DNA of 64,000 nucleotides from Candidatus Poribacteria bacterium (lineage in GTDB: Bacteria; Poribacteria; WGA-4E; WGA-3G), in the NCBI GenBank assembly GCA_965205015.1, contig OZ242029.1, positions 2,080,001 through 2,144,000 of the forward strand. Direction: 5' to 3'. Below, one piece after another: positions 1-9,034 of the stretch; positions within the stretch are counted from its first letter, which is position 1, and each line of letters begins with the position of its first letter. The position numbers were made by a program, and so were the translations under genes. The notes beneath the pieces are model-generated. The model saw nothing but the letters and a program-made list of their open reading frames with translations, ran no database searches and was not told where the DNA came from.

Positions 1-2
1 AG

Positions 3-221
3 CTCGGATTACAATTTGAGCGTTCGATGCTGTCTTGGGAGGCGGGTGGAAATCCTGCCGACGGTGTATGGGCACCGTATTGGTATGAGAACGTGCATCG
101 GAGCACAGGGTTCGCGCCGTATCGCCCAAAATCGGAGCCGTTTCCGACCGAATTGGAGTCGGTTTTCGCGGTATGTTTGGCGTATTACGAGGCACTCTGT
201 AAGGATGCGATTCGCCCGTAG
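3..221 (+). CDS. C-terminal fragment of sulfotransferase-like family protein (runs off window start)
   Basis: Open frame from position 3; MLSWEAG...DGVWAPYWYENVHRSTGF is typical of this family's C-terminus. Confidence 0.65.
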   Translation, partial: LGLQFERSMLSWEAGGNPADGVWAPYWYENVHRSTGFAPYRPKSEPFPTELESVFAVCLAYYEALCKDAIRP

Positions 222-241
222 CCACCACAGAAAATTAGTGC

Positions 242-270
242 TTGACATCCAGTTCCTACTTCTGTATAAT
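242..270 (+). promoter_or_regulatory. sigma70 promoter for ORF 291
   Basis: TTGACA-17bp-TATAAT, followed by GGAGG and ATG at 291. Confidence 0.8.
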
Positions 271-290
271 ATGATAAAGGGAGGATTTCC

Positions 291-728
291 ATGGCGAATC
301 ATTTCAACGACCTACTGCTACAGACCTTAAAACAGGTAAACGTCCGGCTGGATCGTCTTGATGGGCGCATGGACCGTCTTGATGGGCGCATGGACCGCTT
401 GATGGAGACCAAAGCGGATCAGACAGTCCTTGACGCGACCAACGAAAAGTTGGATGCGCTTAGCGAAAAACTTGACACGAAAGCCGATAAGGCAGACCTT
501 GATGCCCTTAGCGGAAAGGTGGATGCGCTTAGCGAAAAACTTGACACGAAAGCCGATAAAGCGGACCTCAACGCGACCAACGAAAAGTTGGATGTCCTTA
601 GTGGAGATGTTAAGGATCTTGGGCACCGTATAGACCGTATTGAGGGTGGGATCGGGACCCTGAAATGGTTCATTGGGGCTGAAGTCGCTGTCATCGGCGT
701 GATTCTCGCCTTCATTAAAGCGTGCTAA
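291..728 (+). CDS. Coiled-coil repeat protein with C-terminal TM helix (Bdr/DUF1640-like)
   Basis: Strong RBS; tandem DRLDGRM and LDALSEKLDTKADKAD repeats; hydrophobic C-terminus. Confidence 0.7.
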   Translation: MANHFNDLLLQTLKQVNVRLDRLDGRMDRLDGRMDRLMETKADQTVLDATNEKLDALSEKLDTKADKADLDALSGKVDALSEKLDTKADKADLNATNEKLDVLSGDVKDLGHRIDRIEGGIGTLKWFIGAEVAVIGVILAFIKAC

Positions 729-732
729 TCTC

Positions 733-3654
733 CTACCGATCGTCTTCCGCCATCTTCTCAAGAATCTGTTCAAGGAGCCGATCACTATCGGCTTCCCGCT
801 TACGGTATTGTTGGACTAACTCCGCCAACGTTGACGACTCCTCACCATTCACCGGCGTTTCGCCATTCGTCGGGATCCCCAACAGCAACATATCCAACGC
901 CTCATCAAACGTCTGCGCCTGCACCGCCTCGAGCTCATTCGATCCCGCCTTCAGGACCACCATCTCTAACTTCGGACGCCGCGGCTTATCGTCATCGCCA
1001 TCTTCACCCTCCGGCTTCTTCGCTTGCAGGTAAATCGCCTCGAGATAGAACAGTGCGTCCTCAATCGGGATAATCAGTAGATTGCCCCGAATCACATCGC
1101 TCGTGGTTTGCCAGCCGCGCTGTTGATCGCCGGTTTTTTTGTTAATATCGTCCTCGACCTGTGTCGGTCCGGCGACCCCTGCGTTCTCAGGAAGCACATA
1201 AACGATCCGCTCACCGTAATGGGGTTGATCACAGCGGGCGACCATCCACGCCTTCAACTGCTTCTCGCGGTCCCGCGGCGCGAACGGGATCATATTCACA
1301 AACTCGATTTTCTCCTCACCCGGCAACTTCAGCATAGCGTAGTAGGGCATCATCTCCTGATCCGCTTCCGAGGAGTAATACGCCTCTTTCGGTATCGACC
1401 ACGGGTTCGTATCGTCATAAAAACCGCTCGCTTGCCGATAATAATCGCCGTAGAGTCGCGCTTGAATCCGGGTCAGGTAATCGGGGTACCGCAAGTGCGC
1501 TGCCAGCCCCTCCGGCATTTCCGATAGCGATTTAAAGAGATTTGGAAACGCTTTCTGGTAGGTCTGCATCACGGCTTCATCCGCCTCATTTTTCTTAATG
1601 GCATAGAAATCCACCGCACCCGTATAAGCGTTGACGACAGCGACACCGGCATTCCGGATGTAGTTGAACGTATCGAAATCCGGTTCCTCATATAACGCAC
1701 TGTCTGTCAGTTGCGTCTTATCGTCCACATACATCTGGGCGTTCGGGTGATACCGGCTCGTCACATAGAAGTCAATGATCCAATACAACTGTTCGTTGTT
1801 AATCACGATATACGGGTCAGGGTCGTAGTTCAGGAAGGGGGCTATATAGGAGACCCGGTCTTTAACGAGACGGTCATTTCGGCGGGTGCCGATCCTTCGA
1901 CGGAACATGATGCGGCTCTCTGGGGTCAACTTCTCCGAGATAAGGATGGGGAGGAAATCGAATCGGAGGGCGAAACAGAGACGGCGGAACCAACCGCCTA
2001 AAGGCACACCCCCGTCACCCTGGTAAGTATGCTGCATCCATTCAGGTATTTCTGGTGCTGCGACACCGGCGGGGCTTTCGGTATCCACGGTGCGATCGGC
2101 ACGATTCGCAGCGCGGTCGGTGTTGACAATCATGTAATTGCGGATCATCTCCCCGTAGTAAATCTGCGGATATGCGACCTCGAGTTCTTCGTATTCACTC
2201 ACGATTGGCGTATCCTTGACCCAAAGTTTCGGTAACCCTTCGCCAACGAACTCGTTCACGGGTGCGACACACACGCCATACCCGTGCGTAAAGGAGCGGA
2301 GATCCGTTTTCAAGCGATCCCAGCCCGTAATATCGTCGTTGGGATCAATTTCACGGGCGGCTATCAGGACCTGCCGATATTCACCGTCGACTGTGTATCT
2401 ATCGACATCGGTATAGGGGTGGAAATTGTAATGCGGCTTAATCTGCCTGTCTCGGAGCGCCTCATACAGCACGCGTCGATCCCAAATCTGGATATTGCTC
2501 TTGACCTCGGCGTTCTCCGTTATCATCTCCAGCGTTGCGATGCCAGGTGCTTGGTCGACCCTCACGATCTCATTGAGATCAAAGGCGCGACGCGTCTCTT
2601 CAATATGCCGCTGTAGATACCGTCCCTCTTTGAGAAACGGCTCCACACGCATCCGCACGGTATGGAGTCCCAACGGATATACGTGAATCAACAGCACATA
2701 ACTCAATCCCCAGATGGCGCCAGTCGCATACCATAACAACCGTTTCCGCCAGAACATATTCGCCACGATAACGATCGCGACGCCTATCAGCACACCGCAA
2801 TAAAGTTTCGTGGCACCTGCGAGGTGAAAGTCGACGTAAAATAAGCCGTGGAGGGTCCGCAACCCATTCGTCAGGGGTTTCGTATAGACTTTGTCCCAGA
2901 GGTTCACATAACTCCGCCACCCCCCGACGAGCAGAAGCAACAGCCATAAAACCGAACCGTGGAAGATGATATGTCGCTTCACACGTGCCATTGTATGTGC
3001 GTCTCGACGGTAATAGAAATGATACAGCAACCCAACGACAACACAGGTTACCCACAGCATTATCTCTATCCAGAGGCTCACCCATCGGTGGAGCGGGAAA
3101 CTGAAGAGATAGAAATTCCGGTCCATCCCGAAATGGAGGGACCCGTCCGCTGCTACCGACTCGGGCTGGTTCAAGTACCGAAGCACGATATCGTCCAAGA
3201 GGAGCATCGGTCCTGCGAGCAGGAGTGCCGCAACCAGCGTGATACAGATGACCATTCGATGGAAAGAGAAGGTCTGCGTATGTGTCCACCGCCGAAACTC
3301 GCGGGATTCTGGACACAATATATGTGCGATCGCCGTGTTAGCGTTCATAAATCCAGCGGCGACGATGAAACAGACACCAAAGATACCCCATCGGACCTTC
3401 TGGAATCCCCAGAACGCATCGGCGTATCCGACGTGTTCGAACCAGAGGTGTTCTGTATAGAGATGCGCCAAGGGGATGAAGCAGCTGAGCGCGATGAACG
3501 CGCTGAGTGTCCAGAGCAGATACGCTTGTAATTTGTTATGAACACCGCGCCGCCAGTAACCGCTCCGTCGGTACCGAAGGATGCCCCATATTAAGGTAAC
3601 ACCGATAAGGAGTGTACTTAAAAGTAACTGTGCAATGGCAAGGTCTGCTGTCAT
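733..3654 (-). CDS. UPF0182 family membrane protein
   Basis: 973 aa; multi-TM N-terminus; DVDRY, THGYG, FNYIRN, VIRGNLLIIP motifs; AGGAG RBS. Confidence 0.85.
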   Translation of the reverse strand: MTADLAIAQLLLSTLLIGVTLIWGILRYRRSGYWRRGVHNKLQAYLLWTLSAFIALSCFIPLAHLYTEHLWFEHVGYADAFWGFQKVRWGIFGVCFIVAAGFMNANTAIAHILCPESREFRRWTHTQTFSFHRMVICITLVAALLLAGPMLLLDDIVLRYLNQPESVAADGSLHFGMDRNFYLFSFPLHRWVSLWIEIMLWVTCVVVGLLYHFYYRRDAHTMARVKRHIIFHGSVLWLLLLLVGGWRSYVNLWDKVYTKPLTNGLRTLHGLFYVDFHLAGATKLYCGVLIGVAIVIVANMFWRKRLLWYATGAIWGLSYVLLIHVYPLGLHTVRMRVEPFLKEGRYLQRHIEETRRAFDLNEIVRVDQAPGIATLEMITENAEVKSNIQIWDRRVLYEALRDRQIKPHYNFHPYTDVDRYTVDGEYRQVLIAAREIDPNDDITGWDRLKTDLRSFTHGYGVCVAPVNEFVGEGLPKLWVKDTPIVSEYEELEVAYPQIYYGEMIRNYMIVNTDRAANRADRTVDTESPAGVAAPEIPEWMQHTYQGDGGVPLGGWFRRLCFALRFDFLPILISEKLTPESRIMFRRRIGTRRNDRLVKDRVSYIAPFLNYDPDPYIVINNEQLYWIIDFYVTSRYHPNAQMYVDDKTQLTDSALYEEPDFDTFNYIRNAGVAVVNAYTGAVDFYAIKKNEADEAVMQTYQKAFPNLFKSLSEMPEGLAAHLRYPDYLTRIQARLYGDYYRQASGFYDDTNPWSIPKEAYYSSEADQEMMPYYAMLKLPGEEKIEFVNMIPFAPRDREKQLKAWMVARCDQPHYGERIVYVLPENAGVAGPTQVEDDINKKTGDQQRGWQTTSDVIRGNLLIIPIEDALFYLEAIYLQAKKPEGEDGDDDKPRRPKLEMVVLKAGSNELEAVQAQTFDEALDMLLLGIPTNGETPVNGEESSTLAELVQQYRKREADSDRLLEQILEKMAEDDR

Positions 3655-3740
3655 GGTGAATCGTCTCCTTGTAAAACATTATAGCATAGGTACGCTGGAA
3701 TCCGCAAATTTGGCAATTCGTCATTCTGACAAAAAATTAT

Positions 3741-4044
3741 TTGACAAAAAACATCTGTTACGCTATAATTAATACCAATACAACCGCAAAAACGCCGAAA
3801 TACGCGTTTTTCGCACCCTGATGAAAGAAAATACTTGACAAAAATACCCGATTTCTGTAAAATTGCAAATATGCGAAAAAGATGTTGACTTTTTTTCGTA
3901 ACTATTTTACAATTATAGGTGTTAATAAAGGGCATAGAAAACATGGAGTCCCCACTCCTCGCCAAAAACCGAGAAGCGGAACGCTCCAACACCACATACG
4001 TTTTTCAAGAAAAATTTGACAAAAGACGCAACTTAAGATACAAT
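3741..4044 (+). promoter_or_regulatory. Four co-oriented consensus sigma70 promoters
   Basis: TTGACA/TATAAT 3741-3769; TTGACA/TAAAAT 3835-3863; TTGACT/TACAAT 3885-3913; TTGACA/TACAAT 4016-4044; all with 17-bp spacers. Confidence 0.75.
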
Positions 4045-4115
4045 ATTAACGAACGTGTCTCTTAGGGGCGTAAGGATTGGGAAAACCTAACAAGATTCTC
4101 AAAACGTATTTACCC

Positions 4116-4468
4116 TTAACACTGTTTATACAAGCGGTTTGGCGCAACCGATAGCGATGTCCCTACACCGCTGTAAATCGAGGACCCCAAACCCAAATTT
4201 CCAAGCGTGTTTTGAAAAAATACCAACTACCTCGGTAGGGACGGTTTCCGAACCGCACTGGATTTTGGCAACACGCACTCAAGGTTAGTTCAGAATAGAT
4301 TTCATCCCTGAAAAATCTATTCTTGCTGTTTGATACAGAAGCACACGATGTGATGTGTGCGGGGGCACTTATCCCTACTGCCCCGTGATTGTTGATAAGA
4401 ATGTTTTTTAGTTTGATTTAAATGGAGGAACATTAGTAATGTTCTATCGTCAATGGACACTTTCCTTA
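4116..4468 (+). repeat. ~350-bp structured leader block, copy 1 (copy 2 at 7635-7984)
   Basis: Near-identical direct repeat with several hairpins, ending in GGAGG and ATG 4439. Confidence 0.85.
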
Positions 4469-4622
4469 ACAAGTTTACTTTTAATAGAACTTACGCAGCT
4501 TGCTCATTTTCGTGCGATCTTTGGTTCATAGTAGCGCAATGGCGCAAGTCGCGTGTGGACTTGCGGGACAATGCGCCTGCTTGTGTTCTAAACAATCAAT
4601 TTCGTCGTGGAATCTAAATTTG

Positions 4623-6031
4623 CTAAAGTTTGGACAATTTTAAAGAATTAAGATGTTTGAAAGCAGAAAAGCAGGTATCCTTTCATAAACATACCACTGT
4701 TTTGAAAGGAAGGCAAAAATGCCCCTGCTTCTCCACTTAGAAAGTATTGTATCGGATTTTCGTCATTTGTTCAATCAACAAAACTTTGCGCTTTTTCAAG
4801 CATTTATTTTTGGGTTTATGACTCAACCGCCTGGAGGCAGCCTGACGCACCTGTATCAGTCGAGTGGATCCGCGACACGCTATTGGTCGTTTCCGAAGTT
4901 TCTTTCCCGGGGCAAATGGGATACCGATGCGGTTGCTGCGTGCCTGATGAAAAGGCTCCAGGGCGTGTTTGCCGACTGGGTTTACGTCTATGATGCCACC
5001 AAAGCCTTGAAGACGGGTAAAACCCAATGGGGTTTACATTTTTTCCGCAACTTCAGTTATCACGGTAAACATCGCGTGAATCAATCAAAGTTTCACTTCG
5101 GACACGAGTTTGGGGCATTAGGTTTACTCTGCGAGACAGCGGCAGATTGGTTGCTGTTTCCGGTCTGGGTGAAACTCATTGCACCTCAGACGCTCCGGGA
5201 CAAAGGTGATGCGGTGTTGAAACGTATCTGTTCGAAGATCCCCCGGGGGTTGATCCTCTTTGATAGAGGGTTCTGCCGCCGCAAAGTCTTTGAAATGCTC
5301 TTGGAACTCGGACATCATCTGTTGTGTCGTGCGAAGTCAAATGCGGTGTTTTATCGTTTACCGAAACGTCCCAAGCGCCCCCAGCGCGGGCGTCCGAAGA
5401 AATATGGAGACCGTTTGAACATCCAACGCTTACGGTATCAAGACGTTTGCATCCTGGAAAAAACGTATCAGGTCGCCTCAGAGGTCGTTCGGACGAAAAT
5501 GTGTCCGACAGACGTCCGACTCGTCGTGATACGCACCCGAGTCAAACCCTCAAAACCGTATCGGTATTTCTGTGTCTTTACAACAGATATGACCTTGGAG
5601 CTCCCGAAGATCGTTGAATACTACCGGCAGAGGTGGCAGATAGAAACAGCGTTTCGAGATGCGAAGCAGCATTTCGGATTTGATGCCTATCGGGTCAAGT
5701 CTCGCAAAAGCATCAATCGCTTCGTGCAGCTGAGTTTCGTCGCAGCTTCGCTGACGAAGTTGGTCTTCTTGAAGTTTGGGTCTCGGCATCCCTCGGATCG
5801 CGTGAGCGTCAAAGAGGTCTGCGAGCATCTCGGGATTCACTGGTATCATCCGAGGCACCTGACGCAAGGGTTACGGGTCGCTTATTTACAGTCGCACCTC
5901 AGAGCGTTGGAATATTCTGCGAGTTCCCAAGAAGAGACCAACTCACAGAATATTCATCCCATATCTGAACACGATACCACGCTACCTTTCGACAAAGCAG
6001 CTTGAAACTTACAATATTGTCCAAACTTTAG
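4623..6031 (+). mobile_element. Insertion sequence, IS4 superfamily (IS701/ISH3-like)
   Basis: Perfect 16-bp terminal inverted repeats CTAAAGTTTGGACAAT; 8-bp target duplication TAAATTTG (4615-4622, 6032-6039). Confidence 0.92.
4719..6005 (+). CDS. DDE transposase
   Basis: YDAT, FDRGF and YRQRWQIETAFRDAK (YREK-type) motifs. Confidence 0.92.
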   Translation: MPLLLHLESIVSDFRHLFNQQNFALFQAFIFGFMTQPPGGSLTHLYQSSGSATRYWSFPKFLSRGKWDTDAVAACLMKRLQGVFADWVYVYDATKALKTGKTQWGLHFFRNFSYHGKHRVNQSKFHFGHEFGALGLLCETAADWLLFPVWVKLIAPQTLRDKGDAVLKRICSKIPRGLILFDRGFCRRKVFEMLLELGHHLLCRAKSNAVFYRLPKRPKRPQRGRPKKYGDRLNIQRLRYQDVCILEKTYQVASEVVRTKMCPTDVRLVVIRTRVKPSKPYRYFCVFTTDMTLELPKIVEYYRQRWQIETAFRDAKQHFGFDAYRVKSRKSINRFVQLSFVAASLTKLVFLKFGSRHPSDRVSVKEVCEHLGIHWYHPRHLTQGLRVAYLQSHLRALEYSASSQEETNSQNIHPISEHDTTLPFDKAA

Positions 6032-6327
6032 TAAATTTGCGTAAGTCCTGTTTAATATTGGTGTTTGCGTTGATTGCGTCTCCCACTATGGCGCAATTTG
6101 ATGTGACGCTCACGGCGGATCCCGTCAATAAGGTAGAGGTTGCGGATCCGTCAGTTACCCTTGCTACTTAGGGGTTTCACGGTATTTTGTAGGATCCTCT
6201 CTACAAATGTCGCCCCTACGGGGCTTGGTCTATATTCGACCTGATCTTCTCCATATAGGTATCATATCGAAAAAATAGTTGGGATTTAGGCCAAACCCCT
6301 TGTGTAACGTGAGTTTGAAAAAAATCG

Positions 6328-6356
6328 TTGATATTTTCCGGGATCCCATATATAAT
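6328..6356 (+). promoter_or_regulatory. sigma70 promoter, probably producing a leaderless rpn mRNA
   Basis: TTGATA-17bp-TATAAT, then only 6 nt before ATG 6363; no Shine-Dalgarno. Confidence 0.65.
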
Positions 6357-6362
6357 ACGAGT

Positions 6363-7244
6363 ATGGCACACTTCGATGAGCTGTTCAAACATTTGGCGGA
6401 TTACGCCCCCAATCCACTCGCGGCCTTAGCACTGAATACATCAAACGTGGAAGTCGGGGCTCCGCTGAACACCGAGCAAGCCACGGTTAAGATGCATCAC
6501 AGCGATATGACGTTTCAGATCTGGCTGCCTGACAAAAAGGAGAACGCCATTCTCCATATAGAGGCACAAACCGACGAGAGCCGCGAGAAACCGATGCCAC
6601 TCCGGGTTCTGATGTATTCCAGTTTTCTGGCGCACCAGCATGAGAAAAATGTCTATTCCGCAGTTTTCTATCTTCGTCCGCCTGCGGGACAAACAGACTC
6701 AGGATACTACGAGTATGGAGACGAGGTAATGGGTGGCTTACGGTTGAAATATAATGTCATCCGTATGTATGAGTTAGAAGGCGAAGGGTTCTTAGATCGC
6801 AGTGTTGTAGGGCTCCTACCGTTCACACCCTTGATGCGGCCCCCTTCTGGGATGACTTCTCAAGCTTGGGTGGAAACGTGTATAGAGACGACAAAATCCG
6901 CCCCGGTAGACCGTCAGACGCGGGGGACGTTATTATATACGCTCTCGGTTTTTGGAGCGTTAGTGCATCCGCCTGAACTTTTTCAGGATCCAGTATTGGA
7001 GGCAATCATGCAAGAATCTCCTATTTACGAACGCGTGATCCAACGCGGCATAGAACAAGGAGCGCGCCAAGCGATGATTGAGAACATCTTAGCAGTCCTT
7101 CGTGCGCGGTTCACAGATGTCGATGTCAGCGTCCTGATCCCTAGGCTTCAAGCGATTGAGGATCTCAACCGTCTCAAGCGGTTGAATCTCACTGCTTCCT
7201 TAGTCAATAGTTTCCGCACATTCCAAGAAGATTTCGATGCATAA
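6363..7244 (+). CDS. Rpn-family (PD-(D/E)XK) nuclease/putative transposase, copy 1
   Basis: HSD...LHIEAQ, MPLRVLMY, MQESPIY...GIEQG motifs; start taken from the identical copy at 8061. Confidence 0.8.
   Translation: MAHFDELFKHLADYAPNPLAALALNTSNVEVGAPLNTEQATVKMHHSDMTFQIWLPDKKENAILHIEAQTDESREKPMPLRVLMYSSFLAHQHEKNVYSAVFYLRPPAGQTDSGYYEYGDEVMGGLRLKYNVIRMYELEGEGFLDRSVVGLLPFTPLMRPPSGMTSQAWVETCIETTKSAPVDRQTRGTLLYTLSVFGALVHPPELFQDPVLEAIMQESPIYERVIQRGIEQGARQAMIENILAVLRARFTDVDVSVLIPRLQAIEDLNRLKRLNLTASLVNSFRTFQEDFDA
7008..7244 (+). CDS. Putative intragenic small protein (RpnS-like) of copy 1
   Basis: In-frame ATG preceded by GGAGG at 6998-7002. Confidence 0.55.
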   Translation: MQESPIYERVIQRGIEQGARQAMIENILAVLRARFTDVDVSVLIPRLQAIEDLNRLKRLNLTASLVNSFRTFQEDFDA

Positions 7245-7247
7245 CAG

Positions 7248-7343
7248 GTAGGGGTAGGTCTTGTGCCTACCCCGCTGTAGGGGTTTCCTAACCTCGTCGC
7301 TTTGCCTACCCCGCTGTAGAGGTTTCCTAACCTCGCCGCTTTG
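7248..7343. repeat. REP cluster with 2 x 39-bp tandem repeat
   Basis: TGCCTACCCCGCTGTAGRGGTTTCCTAACCTCGYCGCTT at 7264 and 7303; GTAG-hairpin motifs. Confidence 0.75.
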
Positions 7344-7387
7344 TGCGAAACCGGTCTTGTACCCACCCTCAGGAATTGCGAAAAAAT

Positions 7388-7635
7388 TTGACAAAAAATA
7401 CAGCCTACGATATAATATATCGGCGAAGAGGGTATCGCCTAACGACATCCGCTTGCTGACCGCCGATGGACCGACAGCCATCTACACATTATTTTTGAAG
7501 AAAAATTTGACACCATACCACAAATGTGGTATAATAATTACAGAATTGTGGTAAAATAGGCTTCTGAATTCTGACGTGGGCAGCACCCTATACCACAAAA
7601 AAGGACTTGACTTTTTTTCGTAACTCGTTTACAAT
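7388..7635 (+). promoter_or_regulatory. Three co-oriented consensus sigma70 promoters, one overlapped by a palindrome
   Basis: TTGACA/TATAAT 7388-7416 and 7507-7535; TTGACT/TACAAT 7607-7635; palindrome ATACCACA-AA-TGTGGTAT at 7515-7532. Confidence 0.75.
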
Positions 7636-7984
7636 TAACAACGTTTATACAAATGGTTTGGCGCAACCGATAGCGATGTCCCTACACCGCTGTAAATCGA
7701 GACCCCCAAACCCAAATTCCCAAGCGTGTTTGAAAAGATACCAACGACTTCGGTAGGGTCTCTCACCCAACCGCACTGGATTTTGGCAACACGCACTAAG
7801 GTTAGTTCAGAATAGATTTTATCCCTGAAAAATCTATTCTTGCTGTTTGATACAGAAGCACACGATGTGATGTGTGCGGGGGCACTTATCCCTACTGCCC
7901 CGTGATTGTTGATAAGAATGTTTTTTAGTTTGATTTAAATGGAGGAACATTAGTAATATTCTATCGTCAATGGACATTTTCCTT
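7635..7984 (+). repeat. Structured leader block, copy 2 (start codon mutated ATG>ATA)
   Basis: Direct repeat of 4116-4468. Confidence 0.85.
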
Positions 7985-8014
7985 TTCACAGTTGATATTT
8001 TCCGGGATCCCATA

Positions 8015-8065
8015 TATAATACGAGTATGGCTATAATACGAGTATGGCTATAATACGAGTATGGC
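8015..8065 (+). repeat. 3 x 17-bp tandem repeat TATAATACGAGTATGGC
   Basis: Units at 8015, 8032, 8049; a single unit in copy 1 (6351-6367). Confidence 0.95.
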
Positions 8066-8969
8066 ACACTTCGATGAGCTGTTCAAACATTTGGCGGATT
8101 ACGCCCCCAATCCACTCGCGGCCTTAGCACTGAATACATCAAACGTGGAAGTCGGGGCTCCGCTGAACACCGAGCAAGCCACGGTTAAGATGCATCACAG
8201 CGATATGACGTTTCAGATCTGGCTGCCTGACAAAAAGGAGAACGCCATTCTCCATATAGAGGCACAAACCGACGAGAGCCGCGAGAAACCGATGCCACTC
8301 CGGGTTCTGATGTATTCCAGTTTTCTGGCGCACCAGCATGAGAAAAATGTCTATTCCGCAGTTTTCTATCTTCGTCCGCCTGCGGGACAAACAGACTCAG
8401 GATACTACGAGTATGGAGACGAGGTAATGGGTGGCTTACGGTTGAAATATAATGTCATCCGTATGTATGAGTTAGAAGGCGAAGGGTTCTTAGATCGCAG
8501 TGTTGTAGGGCTCCTACCGTTCACACCCTTGATGCGGCCCCCTTCTGGGATGACTTCTCAAGCTTGGGTGGAAACGTGTATAGAGACGACAAAATCCGCC
8601 CCGGTAGACCGTCAGACGCGGGGGACGTTATTATATACGCTCTCGGTTTTTGGAGCGTTAGTGCATCCGCCTGAACTTTTTCAGGATCCAGTATTGGAGG
8701 CAATTATGCAAGAATCTCCTATTTACGAACGCGTCATCCAACGCGGCATAGAACAAGGCATGGAACAAGGCACGCGAGAAAGTCTAATAGAAAGCGTTCT
8801 TGAAAATTTGGAAGTCCGTTTCCAGGTCGCGAACTTGCAAGCCGTGCGTGCCACCCTTGAAAGTGTTGAAACGTTGCAACAGCTGCGGCAGTTACGCCGC
8901 GAATCGCTGCAAGCACCGAGCCTTGACGCGTTCCGACAGGCTTTGGCACGAAACATTTCACCAAAATAA
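8061..8969 (+). CDS. Rpn-family nuclease/putative transposase, copy 2
   Basis: Protein identical to copy 1 through ...QRGIEQG, then a different C-terminus. Confidence 0.8.
   Translation: MAHFDELFKHLADYAPNPLAALALNTSNVEVGAPLNTEQATVKMHHSDMTFQIWLPDKKENAILHIEAQTDESREKPMPLRVLMYSSFLAHQHEKNVYSAVFYLRPPAGQTDSGYYEYGDEVMGGLRLKYNVIRMYELEGEGFLDRSVVGLLPFTPLMRPPSGMTSQAWVETCIETTKSAPVDRQTRGTLLYTLSVFGALVHPPELFQDPVLEAIMQESPIYERVIQRGIEQGMEQGTRESLIESVLENLEVRFQVANLQAVRATLESVETLQQLRQLRRESLQAPSLDAFRQALARNISPK
8706..8969 (+). CDS. Putative intragenic small protein (RpnS-like) of copy 2
   Basis: In-frame ATG preceded by GGAGG at 8696-8700. Confidence 0.55.
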   Translation: MQESPIYERVIQRGIEQGMEQGTRESLIESVLENLEVRFQVANLQAVRATLESVETLQQLRQLRRESLQAPSLDAFRQALARNISPK

Positions 8970-9034
8970 CACTCAGTGCCGCACCGCATTCAAGGCGATC
9001 GGTATGTTATCCGCCGCCGCAGAATCCCTTCCGC

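Larger units (their letters stand above)
4485..6050. mobile_element. MITE (~149 bp without the nested IS)
   Basis: Ends TAGAACTTACGCA / TGCGTAAGTCCTG; 5-bp target duplication TTTAA at 4480-4484 and 6051-6055. Confidence 0.8.
4439..6171 (+). pseudogene. Secreted-protein gene remnant interrupted by MITE and IS
   Basis: Removing 4485-6055 restores MFYRQWTLSLTSLLLILVFALIASPTMAQFDVTLTADPVNKVEVADPSVTLAT*, a signal peptide plus short mature stub. Confidence 0.75.

Noticed and set aside
4168-4260. c-di-AMP (ydaO) riboswitch
   Set aside because: Only scattered resemblance (GCTG, GGACCC, GGTAGGG, CCGAACC); key GGGG/CAGCTAACC elements are missing and copy 2 differs there; would need cmscan
6363-8969. 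Diversity-generating retroelement template/variable pair
   Set aside because: No reverse transcriptase; the differences are a block replacement, not adenine-specific substitutions
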